A DNA stretch of 62,466 nucleotides, filler included, from Dugesia japonica (lineage: Eukaryota): assembly GCA_001938525.1 (NCBI GenBank). It is 4 parts of 4 records of this genome, joined end to end, with 100 filler letters (N's around TTAATTAATTAA, not from the genome) between each part and the next. Parts side by side here need not be neighbours in the genome. Positions count along the whole stretch, not along the records: positions 53,096 to 62,466 come from MQRL01430640.1; 3 more parts are not named here. One strand, 5' to 3'. The notes beneath the pieces were generated by a model. That model saw only the letters and a program-made list of their open reading frames with translations. It had not been told where the DNA came from and made no database searches. A program made the position numbers and the translations under genes. This document shows, one piece after another, positions 60,494 through 62,466 of this stretch (within the stretch, counting starts at the first letter, position 1; the number at the start of each line of letters is the position of its first letter).

Positions 60494-62466
60494 CCTAGTC
60501 AGTGTCATACACTCTAAAGAATAACAAATAATTATATGAAACCATAAAAATGAACAAAACTCTCAAATAAATTTATGAATCTGGCATTAATAGTATTATT
60601 TAAAGTCAACACATCAAATTATAAATTTTCCTTACAATGAGACGGATAATTCATGCGTTGTCAATGATTCGCACTCTCAAAATAAATCTTTCCGAAATAA
60701 TAGGTTTATTTTGAATTTCTGTTCAGACTAAGTTTCAAAAACTATTTCATAAAAAGGGGATTTAAATTTACCATATTCAACATCGTATTTATGCGAGCTT
60801 GTTTTTACAATATTAACGAACATTAAGTTAATGAAATGTGAAAATTCTGACAGATAAAGAGGAAATAAGAGTATCCATTTCATACATAAGATCAAATATT
60901 GAAAACATTTGTAAAAGTCATTAGTCACAAATATTCCATAAGAAAATAGTGACAATATATTTATTTATTATGGAATAATATATAAATATAATATAATAAA
61001 TATATATATATATATATATATAAATATATAGAATTATGATGTTCGCAACAATCTTGTGTTTCGTTATTGTGAAAAAGTTAACATGAAACCCGTAAATACA
61101 ATGCATGAACAACAATATACAGCACAACATGTAAAAACAAACACACACATTGTTCTATCCAAATATTCTCTTCGAGGCAGATTCTCGGATCAAATAATCC
61201 TGCTAATTTACCCCAATTGACATTGATTATATCTATTTTGATTCATTATCAGAATAATCGAGATTAAACAAATTATTATTCTGATTCTGTTTGATTTATT
61301 GAATTTTATGAACATTTATCCTTTGAAAAAATTTAAATTAATTTATTATGTCGTTTTATTTATTATTTTAACAATTATTTGACTTTGTGGTAAAATTATT
61401 CAATTAATTGTTATCATTAGTACTCTTTATGTTAATTAGCCAATGTTGCTAAAATTTGGGTATTTTCTACATTTTATGTTTTATAGGACTAGAACATAAC
61501 TGATTTGTTAAATGGTATAAATATAAAACTCAGAATATTGAACTCTGAAAAATCGCTCCTTAAAAACAATATAGGTATAACTAACAAAGTGGATCATAAA
61601 CTTAATTTATAATATGAAAATTGATAATTAAAAATAAATATATTCTTTGCAGATTTATATTTCGCTAATTTTAATGTTAAATAATGTATGACTAAAGAGA
61701 TTGGAAGAAAACGAAATCTTTTAATCGTATTAAATTTATCGGGAACTTCATGAGTCTTCAGTTCAGCACTGTATACATTTTTATAATTCAGCTAAAATAG
61801 CTATTTCCATAATAAAAAATGAGTGAATATTTCCGTACAATAATAAATGTTTCACATTTTTTGTTTGAAAAATAAAAAATGATCAGAGAATAACATATAA
61901 TTTTAATAATGATATATATATGATACGAAAAATTATATAATTCAATCACACCAATGCGAATCACATAATCACTGATTTATTTCAAAATAATATTCAGAAT
62001 TTTCAATTTAAAAATTATATTTAGTTATTTAAAATTTTTATATGATAAATTATTTACCTGTATTAATATTAGAAATCAAAATGATAATATTTTTCAATAG
62101 TAATGATAATTATATGAATAGACCAGTGGTGTATCTTTGTTTGTTTGCAAGTTTGTGCGTGATGCTCAAAATTATACAAACATTTCAAAAAATCTTTAAA
62201 ATTGTAATTTTTTTATTATACATTTTGAAATTTTAATTATTATAACATATATTCAAGAACAGATTCACAGGGGGCGATGGAGGCAATCGCCACCCCCCCC
62301 ATAACCGGATTTCGAAAAAGTTATATAATGATAAGGAACAACTATCCAATGTGAATATTAGGATAGTAATGTGAGGAAGTAAAGAAGAAATAATTAAAAA
62401 CAATTTTGTATCAAAAAGTCGAAATGAATAAGATAAAAATAATAGTAGATTAAAAATAAAGTAGAT

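Overview
Very AT-rich, repeat-dense animal DNA with ~50-nt introns and abundant (AAT)n. This fits a triclad planarian-type genome, but that is inference. The window is not one molecule: three identical 100-nt linkers (44 N + TTAATTAATTAA + 44 N) join four contigs (1-18470, 18571-40060, 40161-52995, 53096-62466). Contig 1 has an internally deleted Gypsy element (677-3574) and an array of GC-richer small gene cassettes ending in an LTR-like terminus (~5.1-7.1 kb). It also has a decayed Polinton/Maverick-like segment (7.1-15.1 kb) with protein-primed PolB, a triplicated orphan gene family and a mini-ORF copying an insert of the polymerase. Contig 2 has two paralogous single-coding-exon SLC16-like MFS transporters, Tc1, mariner, Gypsy and Penelope remnants, and a two-exon gene for a divergent insulin/relaxin-like prepropeptide (38052-38508) that the ORF track splits in two. 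Contig 3 has 13 exons of neurofibromin (NF1, RasGAP C-terminus to Sec14-PH and beyond), with hAT, Penelope and MITE insertions in the introns. Contig 4 has one PDIA4-like exon and transposon debris. Short Penelope pLTR insertions with minimal hammerhead-ribozyme motifs are scattered throughout. All calls come from reading motifs by eye; no database searches were run.
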